A stretch of DNA of 64,000 nucleotides from an uncultured Nitrososphaerales archaeon (GCA_963841565.1 CAWJCY010000012.1:294612-358611); one strand, 5' to 3'; positions 31,896-43,041 are shown, numbered from the stretch's first letter. The notes: generated from the sequence alone by a model not told the origin. Numbers and translations: made by a program.

Positions 31896-32468
31896 TTGAA
31901 CATTTTGAACGTACCAGGTCCTGTTAAGACCTTTGCACTAGATTTTGATTCGGTCTTGGCAGACACGATGGTTATCTGGGTAAAGGAATACAATGAAAGG
32001 CATCGCACACATATCACCAAGAATGATATATCTGCGTGGGATATTTCAAAAATTCTCCCGATTGCTCCTGAGGAGATATCAAAAATATTTAACTATATAT
32101 GGGAATATCGGTGGGAAGAGATTCCACCGTGCGAGCCACATCAAAATCACTCAATAGAAAACATACACAGGCGTGGCTTTAGGATTTCAATACTTACCAG
32201 GAGAGAGAGACCGACCGTATCCTATGTAGCACGATGGCTTGATCATCACGATATTTTTTCAGACGACCTAATATTCGTGTACGATTCCATGCCAAAATCA
32301 GAATACCCTTTCGATTTCATACTGGATGACTCTCCTACCAATCTCATTGACATAACTGCACCAAAGGTAGGATTACTATTTGACCAGCCATGGAACAAGG
32401 ATTTTCAATGGCCATTGAGGATCAAGTCACTTCGAGATGCCGCTGCTATAGTAATTGAAGAAGAGTAA
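31896..32468 (+). CDS. HAD-family 5'(3')-nucleotidase-like phosphatase
   Basis: ALDFDSVLADT, ILDDSP, FDQPWN. Confidence 0.85.
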   Translation: MNILNVPGPVKTFALDFDSVLADTMVIWVKEYNERHRTHITKNDISAWDISKILPIAPEEISKIFNYIWEYRWEEIPPCEPHQNHSIENIHRRGFRISILTRRERPTVSYVARWLDHHDIFSDDLIFVYDSMPKSEYPFDFILDDSPTNLIDITAPKVGLLFDQPWNKDFQWPLRIKSLRDAAAIVIEEE

Positions 32469-32738
32469 GTAGATTCAATAAAACTTTCGAGTACTGACCG
32501 TGCCATCCGTTATTCAACCTTAATCGTCTTAAAGATCTCGGTTAACATTTTCGTCATGTATCATTTTATTAGCTTTTGATGGATCGTAAAAAGTGGTTCA
32601 TATCGGTAGATACATTATCATTGACACCGTACAAAATAGGCCCAAGGTGCCAATCCTCGAAAAAGCCTGAAACGTCAGAATGGTTGAATCAATATTGTTA
32701 GCGAATGAATGATTCAAATCTTGGTTGATCTAGACTAT

Positions 32739-33825
32739 TCAGGAAGTGTTGCCAAGCCTGGAACTTTTGCTCAAGTCTATTACTCCTCGAATGGTCTGGT
32801 TCATAGCCGCTTCAGCAATATCGCTTGCATGCTCAGCGGTTCTTCGAATATCTTCTAATATTAGCTTTATGTTGAGACTCCTGGATCCGGACAAAGATGG
32901 TTCACTATTGTCAATATGTGAAAGTACTTCATTCTCGATTAGCCGCATATCATTAGCCTTGTCTACGATGCTATCCGCGAGGGAATAATCTCTGCGCAAA
33001 AAAGCCTCTACGGAATCTGTGATAAGCGCAAGAGATCTCTTACTCATACTATCAATGTGCTGCAGTGTATCCTTGTCAATTTTGTCCTTTATCGCGATAC
33101 ATTTATCTGCAATCCCTGAAGCATGATCTGCAATTCGTTCAATGCTTTTTACTGCAACTCTGTAGCTTAAACAATCAGAAGGTTTTCTTAACCCAATCTC
33201 TTGCAAAATCCTCTCATTTTGCGTAGCGATTACAAGATTCCGCAATATGTAAAGACTAAATCTATCTACCTCATCATCTGATTTTATGACTGCTTCTGCT
33301 AATTCGTGATTTAATTCGGCCAATGAAAGCATTGCATCCCTATGCATTGCTGCCAGCAATTAAGAACATCCGCCTCACGGCAGTATTTATTGAGAGTTCA
33401 GGCAAGCTCAGCAGCACTTGAATAGTTATTATCTCTGATGCATCGGCGATTATTTCCGTACCTACCAAATTTCTTCGTACAACGTCCCTGACAGCATCTC
33501 TCTGTGATGGCAATATTCTTCCCGATTTTGATTTTAAATTAATAATGTTATAGCCTGCCAAGTACATGGACACTACCTTTCGTTTGATGGTATTAGACGA
33601 TTCAGTGCTAAGCACAGTCGAGTTAGCTTCATCGATTGTACTAGGGCTTCTGACGGCGCTAGGAATAATCGAAAGATAGTTATTTGCCTCACGTACTATG
33701 GTTACGGGATCACCTGCCTTAAGACGCATTTCACTCATCCATCTCTTCGGCAATGAAAGAATGTAAGTAGATCTACCTGTAAACTGGATTTTGCGTATTT
33801 CATTATTTTCAGGAATTGAACTCAA
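32739..33825 (-). CDS. AbrB-domain/PhoU phosphate uptake regulator (split by a +1 insertion at ~33353)
   Basis: RKIQFTGRSTYILSLPKRW (AbrB), DDEVDR, ERIADHA; corrected junction reads RRMFLIAAAMHRD. Confidence 0.9.
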
Positions 33826-33967
33826 TAAAATTCAGTTAGTGAAAGAAGATAAAACACATTACGATAGTTGATCATATAGATACTCCTTATCTATATAGTC
33901 TAAATATATGAACCATAAATTACAATGTACTACTAGAATTCAGTACTTTTCCTGCTACACTTAAGAT

Positions 33968-34636
33968 TTAGGGATTTGTTTGAACACGCCTTGGATTCGT
34001 TTTACCAGTTACTATGTATGATACTGAATCCGCAATATAGCAAGCATGGTCGGCTATTCTTTCAAGATATCTCAAAACATGAAGTGCAGATATAACACAT
34101 CTTGGATCAGCATAAATATTCTGTGACTCTTTCTTTGCGGTAACAATTTCCCTCAAATATTCTCGATAGATGTGGTCAACAGCATCGTCCATTTCATATA
34201 ACTTATCTGAAGCTTGCTTGTCCTTAAAATCTAATGCACTCACACTAAGGGAAATCATCTCAGAAGTTACCTTTGCAGCTTCTGTGACGACTGTTTTATC
34301 GCATTCTGAAATTGAACCCATCATATCCAAAACCTCTACAATTTCATACCCATATCCTCCAAACCGTGCAAGCACGTATGAGACCTCTAGACATGACCTT
34401 ATATACCTTAAATCTGTCGCCACGGGTTGGTATCGGGCAATGAGCTCAAATGCTAAGTCAGATACCTCCTCTTGGAGCGTTCGAAGCTTCTCTGCCCACT
34501 CAAACATCTCCCTTTTTTTTACGTCGCCTTTCGTGTATGACTCCAATACCGTAGAAACGCAGATCACCGATATCTTCGACATTTCACCAATAATATCTCG
34601 GGTCCGTTCTATACCCAAGTCAAGCAATCGAGTCAA
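33968..34636 (-). CDS. phoU: phosphate transport regulator PhoU
   Basis: IARYQPVATDLR, MDDAVD, LERIADHA. Confidence 0.92.
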   Translation of the reverse strand: MTRLLDLGIERTRDIIGEMSKISVICVSTVLESYTKGDVKKREMFEWAEKLRTLQEEVSDLAFELIARYQPVATDLRYIRSCLEVSYVLARFGGYGYEIVEVLDMMGSISECDKTVVTEAAKVTSEMISLSVSALDFKDKQASDKLYEMDDAVDHIYREYLREIVTAKKESQNIYADPRCVISALHVLRYLERIADHACYIADSVSYIVTGKTNPRRVQTNP

Positions 34637-34705
34637 TCTAGTATGACCTGCATAGCACTACTAAATCTACGTAAGGTAGTTGAGTATCTAGTCCTCAGAA
34701 GGACA

Positions 34706-35528
34706 CTATCCAAACTTACCACTAACAAATTTCTCGGTAAGTTCTTGTTCGGGATTTTGAAATATCTGCTTGGTAAGTCCATATTCGATCATCTCTCCAA
34801 GATACATGAACGCTGCGCGATCAGCAACCCTCGCGGCCTGTTGCATGTTATGAGTTACTATAATGATAGTTAGGTCCTTCTTTAGCTTGTGTACTAAATC
34901 TTCGATCTTTGAAGAAGCAAGTGGATCGAGAGCTCGATGTTGGCTCGTCCATCAATAAAATCTCCGGCTGCATAGCCAGCGCCCTCGCAATACAAAGTCT
35001 CTGTTGCTGGCCTCCTGAAAGACCCATTCCAGGTTCATCCAGCTCATTCTTTACCTCCTCCCAGAGACCTGCACCATCCAGACTCTCCTCAACGATTTCT
35101 CTAATAAGCTTCTTGTCTTTTATTCCGTTCAACTTTAGACCCGCTGCCACATTATCAAATATACTCATTGTTGGGAAGGGATTAGGTTTCTGAAAGACCA
35201 TCCCGATCCTTCTCTTTATTATAACGGGATCGATGGACTTGTCGTAAATGTCGATGCCGTCTAGTATTACTTGCCCTGTGGCCTTTGCTCCTGGAGTCAT
35301 TTCATGCATTCGATTCAGGCACCTTATTAGTGTAGTCTTACCGCATCCAGAAGGCCCCATAAAGGCAGTTGCAGCATTCTCCTCAATCTCCAAGTTAATA
35401 TTTTTTAAGGCCTGCTTCGAACCGAACCATGCATTTATGCCCTTTATGGAAACTTTTGACCTACGTTGAGACTCCTGTATACGCTTTGTCGTTTCGGTCG
35501 TTTCACTGCTAGTCTCTCTTACGGACAA
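34706..35528 (-). CDS. pstB: phosphate ABC transporter ATPase (split by a +1 insertion at ~34934)
   Basis: [31 protein letters not shown]; corrected DEPTSALDP; second frame continues [11 protein letters not shown]...VSGKFG*. Confidence 0.93.
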
Positions 35529-35628
35529 AGTATCCCCTACGTATTTTGTACTCTCTCTTATGCGATTATTAATCTCTTTGGCTGGCAGATAAAATATCTT
35601 CCGACGGACACGAATTAAATCATTGTCT

Positions 35629-35664
35629 ATATAGATAATATAGAAAATATAGCGAATATAGCGA
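35629..35664. promoter_or_regulatory. four tandem 9-bp repeats ATATAG-NNA upstream of pstB (candidate PHO box)
   Basis: ATATAG at 35629, 35638, 35647 and 35656. Confidence 0.6.
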
Positions 35665-35783
35665 GAAATTCGTGATCGATAAACGGGTAACTAGAGTATT
35701 TGTAATAAGGCCCGGTTCACTAGAAAAAAATAAGAAAAACAAGTTCAGATTCCTTAAGCTTTGCTCAAGCCGGTGAGCCGCTC

Positions 35784-36704
35784 TTAAATTTCGGCCTTTA
35801 CTGCAAAGCCTCTTCGTTGTGCTAATAGTCTTAAAGCCACACTCAGAACCAGTACCATCATGATGAGAAAAAGTGCAGCGCCCCACGCTTGTGTTTGGGC
35901 GCTTTCATAAGGTTGAGAAGAGAGACGCCATATTCTTAGGGGTAAAGCGTCTACTGGCGAGTTAAAGCCCGTAAAGAATAAGCTAGTGCCTAGAATTGTC
36001 ATGATAAGTGGTGCTGTTTCTCCAGCAATTCTCGCTATTGAAAGTACTACTCCTGTCAGAATCCCGCTAATTGCAGACTTCAACGTAATGAAAAGAGTGA
36101 CCTTCCACTTTGGAATACCGAGCGCATGACCTGCCTCACGAATCGAGTTGGGGACGATCTTGATGGTCTCCTCAGTAACACGGGATACGATCGGAATCAT
36201 GATAAGTGATAATGAAAAAGCTCCAGCCCATACAGAGAACGAACCTAGAGTGAGGACAATTAGAATATAACCGACTATCCCCATAACCACCGAAGGTAAA
36301 CCCGTCATCACTTCATTGAAAAATCGTACCCCGTTGGGAAAAGCGCCACCCCCAGCGAACTCTGACAAATAGATACCAGTAAGTATTCCAATCGGTGCTC
36401 CGATCATCGTTGCCAATCCTACCACGATCAAAGTTCCCTGAATTGCAGGGCCTATACCACCACCGGCTCGACCAATGGCAGATGGTCTTCCTGTCATAAA
36501 ATCCCAATTGAATGCTGCGATCCCATTCTTTACTACCTCAATTAATATACTAGTCAATGGGATAACAGCTAAAATAACACATGCGATTGCAAAGATGCTC
36601 ACTATTTTATCGATGATCTTAGCCTTTCTTGCGTTTTTGACCATCACCCTCTGCACTTCTTTTCGATGGAATCGCTCGGGATGCTTGTCTGTATTTCCAG
36701 ACAT
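35784..36704 (-). CDS. pstA: phosphate ABC transporter permease PstA
   Basis: GIGPAIQGT, GLPSVVMG, IREAGHALG, ARIAGETAPL. Confidence 0.95.
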   Translation of the reverse strand: MSGNTDKHPERFHRKEVQRVMVKNARKAKIIDKIVSIFAIACVILAVIPLTSILIEVVKNGIAAFNWDFMTGRPSAIGRAGGGIGPAIQGTLIVVGLATMIGAPIGILTGIYLSEFAGGGAFPNGVRFFNEVMTGLPSVVMGIVGYILIVLTLGSFSVWAGAFSLSLIMIPIVSRVTEETIKIVPNSIREAGHALGIPKWKVTLFITLKSAISGILTGVVLSIARIAGETAPLIMTILGTSLFFTGFNSPVDALPLRIWRLSSQPYESAQTQAWGAALFLIMMVLVLSVALRLLAQRRGFAVKAEI

Positions 36705-37675
36705 TATTCTCTCCCTCCTGGAACTGATTTGACCATCCTCGAAACCATTAACCTTGCGCCAATATTTATTACCATCGACAGTAACAACAGAATCGCGCCC
36801 AGACCAATTAGCGCCGAAAGATGCAAGTCTGAAGCTGCTTCGTTGAATTCATTTGCAATAAGACTTGCTAGCGATTGTCCTTGTGAAAACAGGGTGGTGG
36901 GAATTGCAGCCGGACCTATCGCATTTCCTATTATCATCGTAACAAGAATAGTTTCACCTATAGCTCTGCCAAGCCCCAAAAATGAAGCACCGAGGATGCC
37001 TGATTTAGCATAGGGAAAGATTGCTGTCCTCAGGGTTCCCCACCTTGTTGCACCAAGGCTATACGCAGCCTCCCGCTGTGAATTAGGGACAACAAGAAGT
37101 ATCTCCCTTGTTATAGAGGAGATAATTGGAATAATCATAATGGAAAGAACGATACCCGCAGTAAAGATATCTAGGCCAAAGGGAGTTTTATCAAAAAATG
37201 GAATCCAATTCAAATGCTCGTATAGAGGACGTTCGATTAGATCCCTTACCCAGAATCTAAATACAAACAGAGCCCACAGGCCATATATGATGCTTGGCAC
37301 TGCAGCGAGTAATTCAACTACGAAGGATAGGGGGGTACTGATCCTATGAGGAGCAATCTCTGTGACAAAGATGGCTATCCCAAGACTAATTGGCACACCA
37401 ATAGCCATCGCAATGGCAGAACTAAGCAAGGTACCTATGATATAAGGCAATGCGCCAAATGACTCACGCCCATACACGGCGTTCCAATCGGTGCCTACGA
37501 TAAATTGAAAGCCTTCGTGGGAAAATATCGGAAGGGCTCCTTCGCCTACTGCATACGCCACGAGGATTAGCATAAGCGCGCTATAACCAGCAGCAGCGAT
37601 AACAGCTCCACGAAATATCTTATCGCCTCGTCTTTTTCCTTTAAGAAAGGTTGAAGCTAGGTTTCTCTTAGTCAA
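36704..37675 (-). CDS. pstC: phosphate ABC transporter permease PstC
   Basis: VELLAAVPSIIYGLW, REAAYSLGAT, GRAIGET; stop overlaps the pstA start. Confidence 0.95.
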   Translation of the reverse strand: MTKRNLASTFLKGKRRGDKIFRGAVIAAAGYSALMLILVAYAVGEGALPIFSHEGFQFIVGTDWNAVYGRESFGALPYIIGTLLSSAIAMAIGVPISLGIAIFVTEIAPHRISTPLSFVVELLAAVPSIIYGLWALFVFRFWVRDLIERPLYEHLNWIPFFDKTPFGLDIFTAGIVLSIMIIPIISSITREILLVVPNSQREAAYSLGATRWGTLRTAIFPYAKSGILGASFLGLGRAIGETILVTMIIGNAIGPAAIPTTLFSQGQSLASLIANEFNEAASDLHLSALIGLGAILLLLSMVINIGARLMVSRMVKSVPGGRE

Positions 37676-37935
37676 TACGTTTGATTCCAGATGCTATGAT
37701 ACCCCTTCTCGTAATTTGACGTCCTGCGGTGATATTTCACAATATCCTACAATGAATACCTAGATCGCAATCGCCCTATATGATCTATATTGTTGCTCTT
37801 CATATATGTGGATGCACGTCGATTTCTTCATATTTCTAAAATAGAAGGTTTTCATGTACACGACCATCAGTCTAGCAAACCAGATTTCTGGAGGAAAATC
37901 ATATAGCCCGATATATCTGAAGACTTGATTACAAA

Positions 37936-39066
37936 TTGAAATCTACGCATTGGAACAGAATTCGACAAGACTTCCCAGTCACTAAAAAGTATTCATACTT
38001 GGCAAATGCGGCAATCTCTCCAATCCCAAGTCAAGTACAAAATGCCCTATCAGAATTTTACAAAGAGAACATGCTCTACGGCGGAATTCACTGGAGAAAA
38101 TGGATTGGTTGCATTGAAGATGCTCGTAGTATGTACGCTGCCTTTATTGGGGCCCGTTCGGAAGAAATCGCGTTCACTCATTCAACAAGCGAGGGAATGA
38201 ATATAGTTGCGCACTTGCTCGCTCACCGGGGTCATGCAATTTCAAACGATCTGGAGTTTCCATCTTCAAATCTACCGTGGATCAACAAGAGAGCAGATAT
38301 GACAATAGTTCAATCTCAGAATGGGATGGTACCCCTAGAGCGTATTCGGAAGGCAATAGGAAGAAAAACTCGAACGATCATCACAAGTCATGTTCAGTAT
38401 TCGACGGGATTCAAGCAAGACTTGGAAACACTAAGCAAGATTTGCAACGAGAAGAACCTCTATCTAGTTGTCAACGCAACCCAGTCGATCGGAGCATTGA
38501 ATTTCGACGTTAGTAAATTAGGGGTTGATTTTACAGTAGGTAATGGTCACAAATGGTCGCTTTCTTCCTTTGGAATAGGAACGCTCTACATTCAGAGTAA
38601 ATTACTAGAAGAAGGATCAGGACTGAATCCCCCATTCTTCAGTCAATTTGGACAAAAGGATAGAGAATACTTTGACAATAGGAAAATCAGAATGTCCAAG
38701 GACGCTTCCAAATTTGAGCTCAGTACGCCCCATTTTCCAAATATAATCGCATTAAAGGCAGCTGTTAAATACATCTCCAATATCCACATTCTTAGGATTG
38801 AAGAAAGAATTCACTATCTTACACAATACCTAATCGACAGGCTTGCTGAATTGAAAATTCAGATCCTTTCTCCTCTTGCAAATATCCACAGATCTGCCAT
38901 TATAGTATTCAAGAGTAGATCACCTGATCATTTGGTCGCATATCTAGCAAAAAGGCGAATAATAGTGTCTGCGCGTGGAGGAGGAATTAGGGTATCACCT
39001 CATTTCTACAATGACGAAGGCGATATTGATAGACTGATTTTGGCGTTGAAAACTTATCACGCATGA
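37936..39066 (+). CDS. class V PLP-dependent aminotransferase (cysteine desulfurase/lyase-like fold)
   Basis: YLANAAISP, STSEG, EFPS, GHKW, IRVSPHFYN. Confidence 0.88.
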   Translation: MKSTHWNRIRQDFPVTKKYSYLANAAISPIPSQVQNALSEFYKENMLYGGIHWRKWIGCIEDARSMYAAFIGARSEEIAFTHSTSEGMNIVAHLLAHRGHAISNDLEFPSSNLPWINKRADMTIVQSQNGMVPLERIRKAIGRKTRTIITSHVQYSTGFKQDLETLSKICNEKNLYLVVNATQSIGALNFDVSKLGVDFTVGNGHKWSLSSFGIGTLYIQSKLLEEGSGLNPPFFSQFGQKDREYFDNRKIRMSKDASKFELSTPHFPNIIALKAAVKYISNIHILRIEERIHYLTQYLIDRLAELKIQILSPLANIHRSAIIVFKSRSPDHLVAYLAKRRIIVSARGGGIRVSPHFYNDEGDIDRLILALKTYHA

Positions 39067-39305
39067 TTCGAAATGGATAGACGGAACATATCATTACATC
39101 CTGAACATTTGAATTTCTTGTTCAGTCAGTCATATGTACTACAGTTCTCTTTTTTTGCAAGTCCCGAATTTTGTCAACAACTTAGTTAAAAACCGATCAC
39201 GTAGGACCAAAGGTTGACCGGAAATAATGAGGCTTCGACCTTGAAAGCTTGTAACTCACAGTGAAGCAAATTTAATAACGATAAATGGAAAGATAATCAA
39301 TCAAA

Positions 39306-40061
39306 TTGCGAATTGGTTCATATGAAATTCCTGAGATCAGATTTAATTCGGGGGCTTTCACCGACATCAAGAAGATATATGATAATGTCAAGAGTGTAGA
39401 TCGACAGATTCATGCAAATGATCTCGCTCTCTTGCTTGGATACAAAACACCAACAAGTGGAGGCTTTTACAGGCGAATAAATAGTCTAATTAGCTATGGC
39501 CTACTTGAAGGAAGAGGAAAATTTAAAGTCACAAAAAATGGTGAAGATATACTATACCCACGTGACGAAGAGCATCGAAAGCAATTGCTTCGCGAGTCGG
39601 TACTAAGAGTATCTCTATGGAACGAATTCTACAAGAAATTCAAGAGAGAGTCGCCTGAGAACCTTTGGCTCGAGATTAAGGATTTAACAGGAGTGTCATC
39701 CGCAGAAGCGCAAAGTGTTGAAAAAGAGGTGAGAAGATGGTACTTCAACGATACAGAACCAATCGCAGGGGAGACTTCGTTGCTAAACCTGTCCGAAAAA
39801 TTACGCGGAGGCTTAGACAGTGAATTCGCTGAAGATACACTTAGGAACCCAAAATACCAAAGTATTCCAACAATAGGGTCCATTGAAATCGAGGAAATCC
39901 CTTTTGCAGGAAAGTACGCTATCAAGAAACCCGCAAACGAAGATATAAGGAAATCATGGGAGAGATTGAAGAGATATATGGACATATATCTTGAGGATTT
40001 TAATGAGGAATCATCGAACGTAACTGTTAATAATGAAACCTCGGGAACCAACCTAGAGTAG
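39306..40061 (+). CDS. hypothetical protein with N-terminal winged-helix domain
   Basis: LALLLGY...SGGFYRRINSLISYGLLE...KVTKNG. Confidence 0.7.
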   Translation: MRIGSYEIPEIRFNSGAFTDIKKIYDNVKSVDRQIHANDLALLLGYKTPTSGGFYRRINSLISYGLLEGRGKFKVTKNGEDILYPRDEEHRKQLLRESVLRVSLWNEFYKKFKRESPENLWLEIKDLTGVSSAEAQSVEKEVRRWYFNDTEPIAGETSLLNLSEKLRGGLDSEFAEDTLRNPKYQSIPTIGSIEIEEIPFAGKYAIKKPANEDIRKSWERLKRYMDIYLEDFNEESSNVTVNNETSGTNLE

Positions 40062-40293
40062 AAAGGCATTTCAAAAATTTGCGGTTAAGGGCGTAGTCTA
40101 CCTTCTTAAAAATTTTGACACGATTGAATCAATTGTCCGTGTTCACTTATGATGTGAAAAGACCTAAGGCCTAAGATGTCGAATGCCATATTGGATTCAT
40201 GACGAACTTGCCGTAATAACCTATTGACCATCAAATTCTATCCTCTCGAGTCTGCGTTCATTTCAACAGCAGATTGCTTTTATGCAACAAAAG

Positions 40294-41001
40294 TTAGGGT
40301 GCAAAATACCCATTTATTGTCCTAACTAATTCATCATTAGAGATCGGCTTTCGGATAATCCTTTCTGCAGGGATCTCAGGAAATACGTGTTTTCTGTACT
40401 CATCATAGTACATTTCACCCGCAGTCAAGAAGCATACCTTCACGTTCTTGTCTTTTTTTCTTAATTCTTTGTATAGCTTGAATCCGTCCATTTTGGGCAT
40501 CACTATATCTATAATTATTAGATCGTAAAGGCCTTCTTGATAATTTTCCAAGGCAACGAGTGAGTCGTTAAATGAGTCGACTTTGCAAGTGAAAGTTGGG
40601 TCACGATACATACCTTCCAAAATTATTTTGAATAGGAAGGTGACATCCTGTTCGTCATCAACTACCATTATTCTCCTCAACTTGCCTATATCCTTGTTTT
40701 TGATCGGGCCATTGAACACAGCATTTGTGGATTTTGTGACCCCTAATGACATTTCCGTATCAGTTAACGCTTCCCGTCTAATTAGACTCACACTATGTTC
40801 CAAACTTCGAATGTGTTTATCACTTATGGCTTTATCGTATTGGGCCTGGTTTAGTTCCCTGTATACTGGAGTTCCTGTTGTCGCCAAAACAGGCGTGAAA
40901 ATGAGTGTTCTCATCCCGACGACGCGTTTTGGGTTGCTTGTCTCATGCACGTCACTGGATATCCTTAGCCACAACTCGGACAGTAGTCGGGGAATTCGCA
41001 T
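40294..41001 (-). CDS. response regulator receiver-domain protein (start uncertain)
   Basis: IMVVDDE, IIIDIVMPKMDG, FLTA, RKP. Confidence 0.85.
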   Translation of the reverse strand: MRIPRLLSELWLRISSDVHETSNPKRVVGMRTLIFTPVLATTGTPVYRELNQAQYDKAISDKHIRSLEHSVSLIRREALTDTEMSLGVTKSTNAVFNGPIKNKDIGKLRRIMVVDDEQDVTFLFKIILEGMYRDPTFTCKVDSFNDSLVALENYQEGLYDLIIIDIVMPKMDGFKLYKELRKKDKNVKVCFLTAGEMYYDEYRKHVFPEIPAERIIRKPISNDELVRTINGYFAP

Positions 41002-41289
41002 AGTACTATGTCCCCATCTCTCTTCTTACACTTTGCTTATTGCTGATGTGGATTTATTAGGACCTAATATTACAAATAGCAACTTGACGCTCGAAGTGCT
41101 ATATCGTAACAAATGTCCATTTGTTCTAAGGTGCTTTCTTTAAAAATTGATAAATAGCTGACTTAACAGTAAATAGATTGAGAGGTTATAGGCGTATTAT
41201 GGATATTATTGGTTTCAAGCCGTTTTTTAATAAAATTTGTCTAGGAATTGTTCCCGATCTAGAGATGACGTTCACGCAATACGTTCTTT

Positions 41290-41793
41290 TTGATGCTAAT
41301 CGTTTCAGAGTTAGCAATACACAGCACAGTGTTGGAGTTGGGTAAGATCGGAATGGCACAGAAAGTAAAACATGAAATTACAAAGATCACATCGGGTAGT
41401 GAATACAAGAAAATAGCAATCATAGATGATGATAATGATGTTACAACTACTTTTAGGACGATTCTTGAATCAAATCTCATTTCGAAGAGTGAAATAGGAT
41501 TTAAGTTCAAAGTATATACCTCTAATAATCCTGAGCAATTTCTGGCTGTCTTTGAGCCAGGCTTTTACGATTTGCTGCTCATTGATATCAATATGCCAGG
41601 TATGGATGGATTTGAAATAAGCAGAAGGCTATTAGAAGTAGATCTGAATTTGCGAATTTGCTTCATGACTGCAGGTGAGATAAATTATCGAGCTTTGAGA
41701 GAAATTCATTCTATCCGGAGTGTCGGATGTTATATTACGAAACCAATATCAGCGAATGACCTGATAAACAAGATCAGAATGGAATTAGAATAG
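41290..41793 (+). CDS. response regulator receiver-domain protein (start uncertain)
   Basis: IAIIDDD, LLIDINMPGMDG, FMTA, TKP. Confidence 0.85.
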   Translation: MMLIVSELAIHSTVLELGKIGMAQKVKHEITKITSGSEYKKIAIIDDDNDVTTTFRTILESNLISKSEIGFKFKVYTSNNPEQFLAVFEPGFYDLLLIDINMPGMDGFEISRRLLEVDLNLRICFMTAGEINYRALREIHSIRSVGCYITKPISANDLINKIRMELE

Positions 41794-42022
41794 GCGATAC
41801 AAGAAGCGTACGTATAGGCTTTAAATTGCCCTCGAACGTCTCGAGAGGTTCCGATCTAGGTCAGGGAGTAGATGACAACTCGAAGGATGCAATAACGACA
41901 TCAGTGACGAGAAATCAGTTGACTTCATCTTGCAGTTATGTGTTGACTTCAACAAAGAGTCAGATCTTGCGAGCCTCCTCAAATAGAGGCTAGAGGCTTA
42001 AGTAGAAGCTTCGCATTAATGG

Positions 42023-42778
42023 TTGGAAAGTTTAGGAACTGGGTCGCTTGGGTTACGCACGAGTTCATTATACCTTAAAAGAGAGAAATATCCGTTAATA
42101 TTTACGCAAATGGATAAATCTTATATGAATACGCCATTCCATTTAGGAAAAATTGAACCTGATGTAGGTTCGATGTATCACAAAAGTAAGATTAGACGGA
42201 CATATGGATGGGATTGTCCATATCAGGACTATAAATCTAATCGACACTACAACACCCAGAGGCATATTGACTTAACTCATGGAAGTGGTTCAGGGGAACC
42301 AGTTGATCATATGACTGGAGAGACTAGGCAAGAGAAGAGAAGAGCTACTAATGAGAGTCGCAATCAGTCCATGAATATGCCTAAATATCGCACAACTGGT
42401 TCTCCGCCTGTAAGATTTCAAGAAAATTATCACGATAAGATATTATCAACGTTTAACCCCGATCCTATTAGAATGCACTACTTGGAGGCTCAAGAAAGAA
42501 GGGTGAAGGATCTGGGTTATAAAATTCCAGCTCAATCTTCTCATAATATTGGATCACATCCAAGTGTTCCAGCTGGTTGGCCAAAGGCTCCCCCTTGCAG
42601 GAAGAATTTTCCTTCGGATACAATTGGTAATCAAGCAAATCCATACTTATCGAATATCAACCAGCTGTATAATCCCTTGTACTCTGTCGACCCCCGTCTT
42701 AACCCTATTATTGGGCCCCTTGTTTATAACATCAAGATCTTGCTTGACCTCGAGAGATTTCGAAGATGCTTTAGATAA
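42023..42778 (+). CDS. hypothetical protein with degenerate C2H2-like motif
   Basis: WDCPYQDYKSNRHYNTQRHIDLTH; Pro/Asn-rich tail; start probably downstream of the ORF start. Confidence 0.55.
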   Translation: MESLGTGSLGLRTSSLYLKREKYPLIFTQMDKSYMNTPFHLGKIEPDVGSMYHKSKIRRTYGWDCPYQDYKSNRHYNTQRHIDLTHGSGSGEPVDHMTGETRQEKRRATNESRNQSMNMPKYRTTGSPPVRFQENYHDKILSTFNPDPIRMHYLEAQERRVKDLGYKIPAQSSHNIGSHPSVPAGWPKAPPCRKNFPSDTIGNQANPYLSNINQLYNPLYSVDPRLNPIIGPLVYNIKILLDLERFRRCFR

Positions 42779-43041
42779 ATATGAAACATACTAGTTCCTG
42801 GATATGATGCTATATGCACAACCTAGGCACGATAATGAATTTTAGTGATCTTAGGCCTCCGCAAAGAGCCTGACTTCAAGGGGTATAATCTTTAGCATAA
42901 TACTATTGAACCTGCAGCATGATTTTGTATACCTTGTTCTACGGAAAGAAAATTAGCCTTACTGGACCAGGGATGTGGTATTGCAGTGATTGCCAGTCCT
43001 TGTATCATCTTCGCGATTTAATTGGAAATTATTAGCGGCGA

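Noticed and set aside
40583-41143. Long antisense ORFs (also 34170-34646, 56523-56972, 39629-40069, 11076-11516)
   Set aside because: Shadows of well-supported genes on the opposite strand, with no motifs of their own
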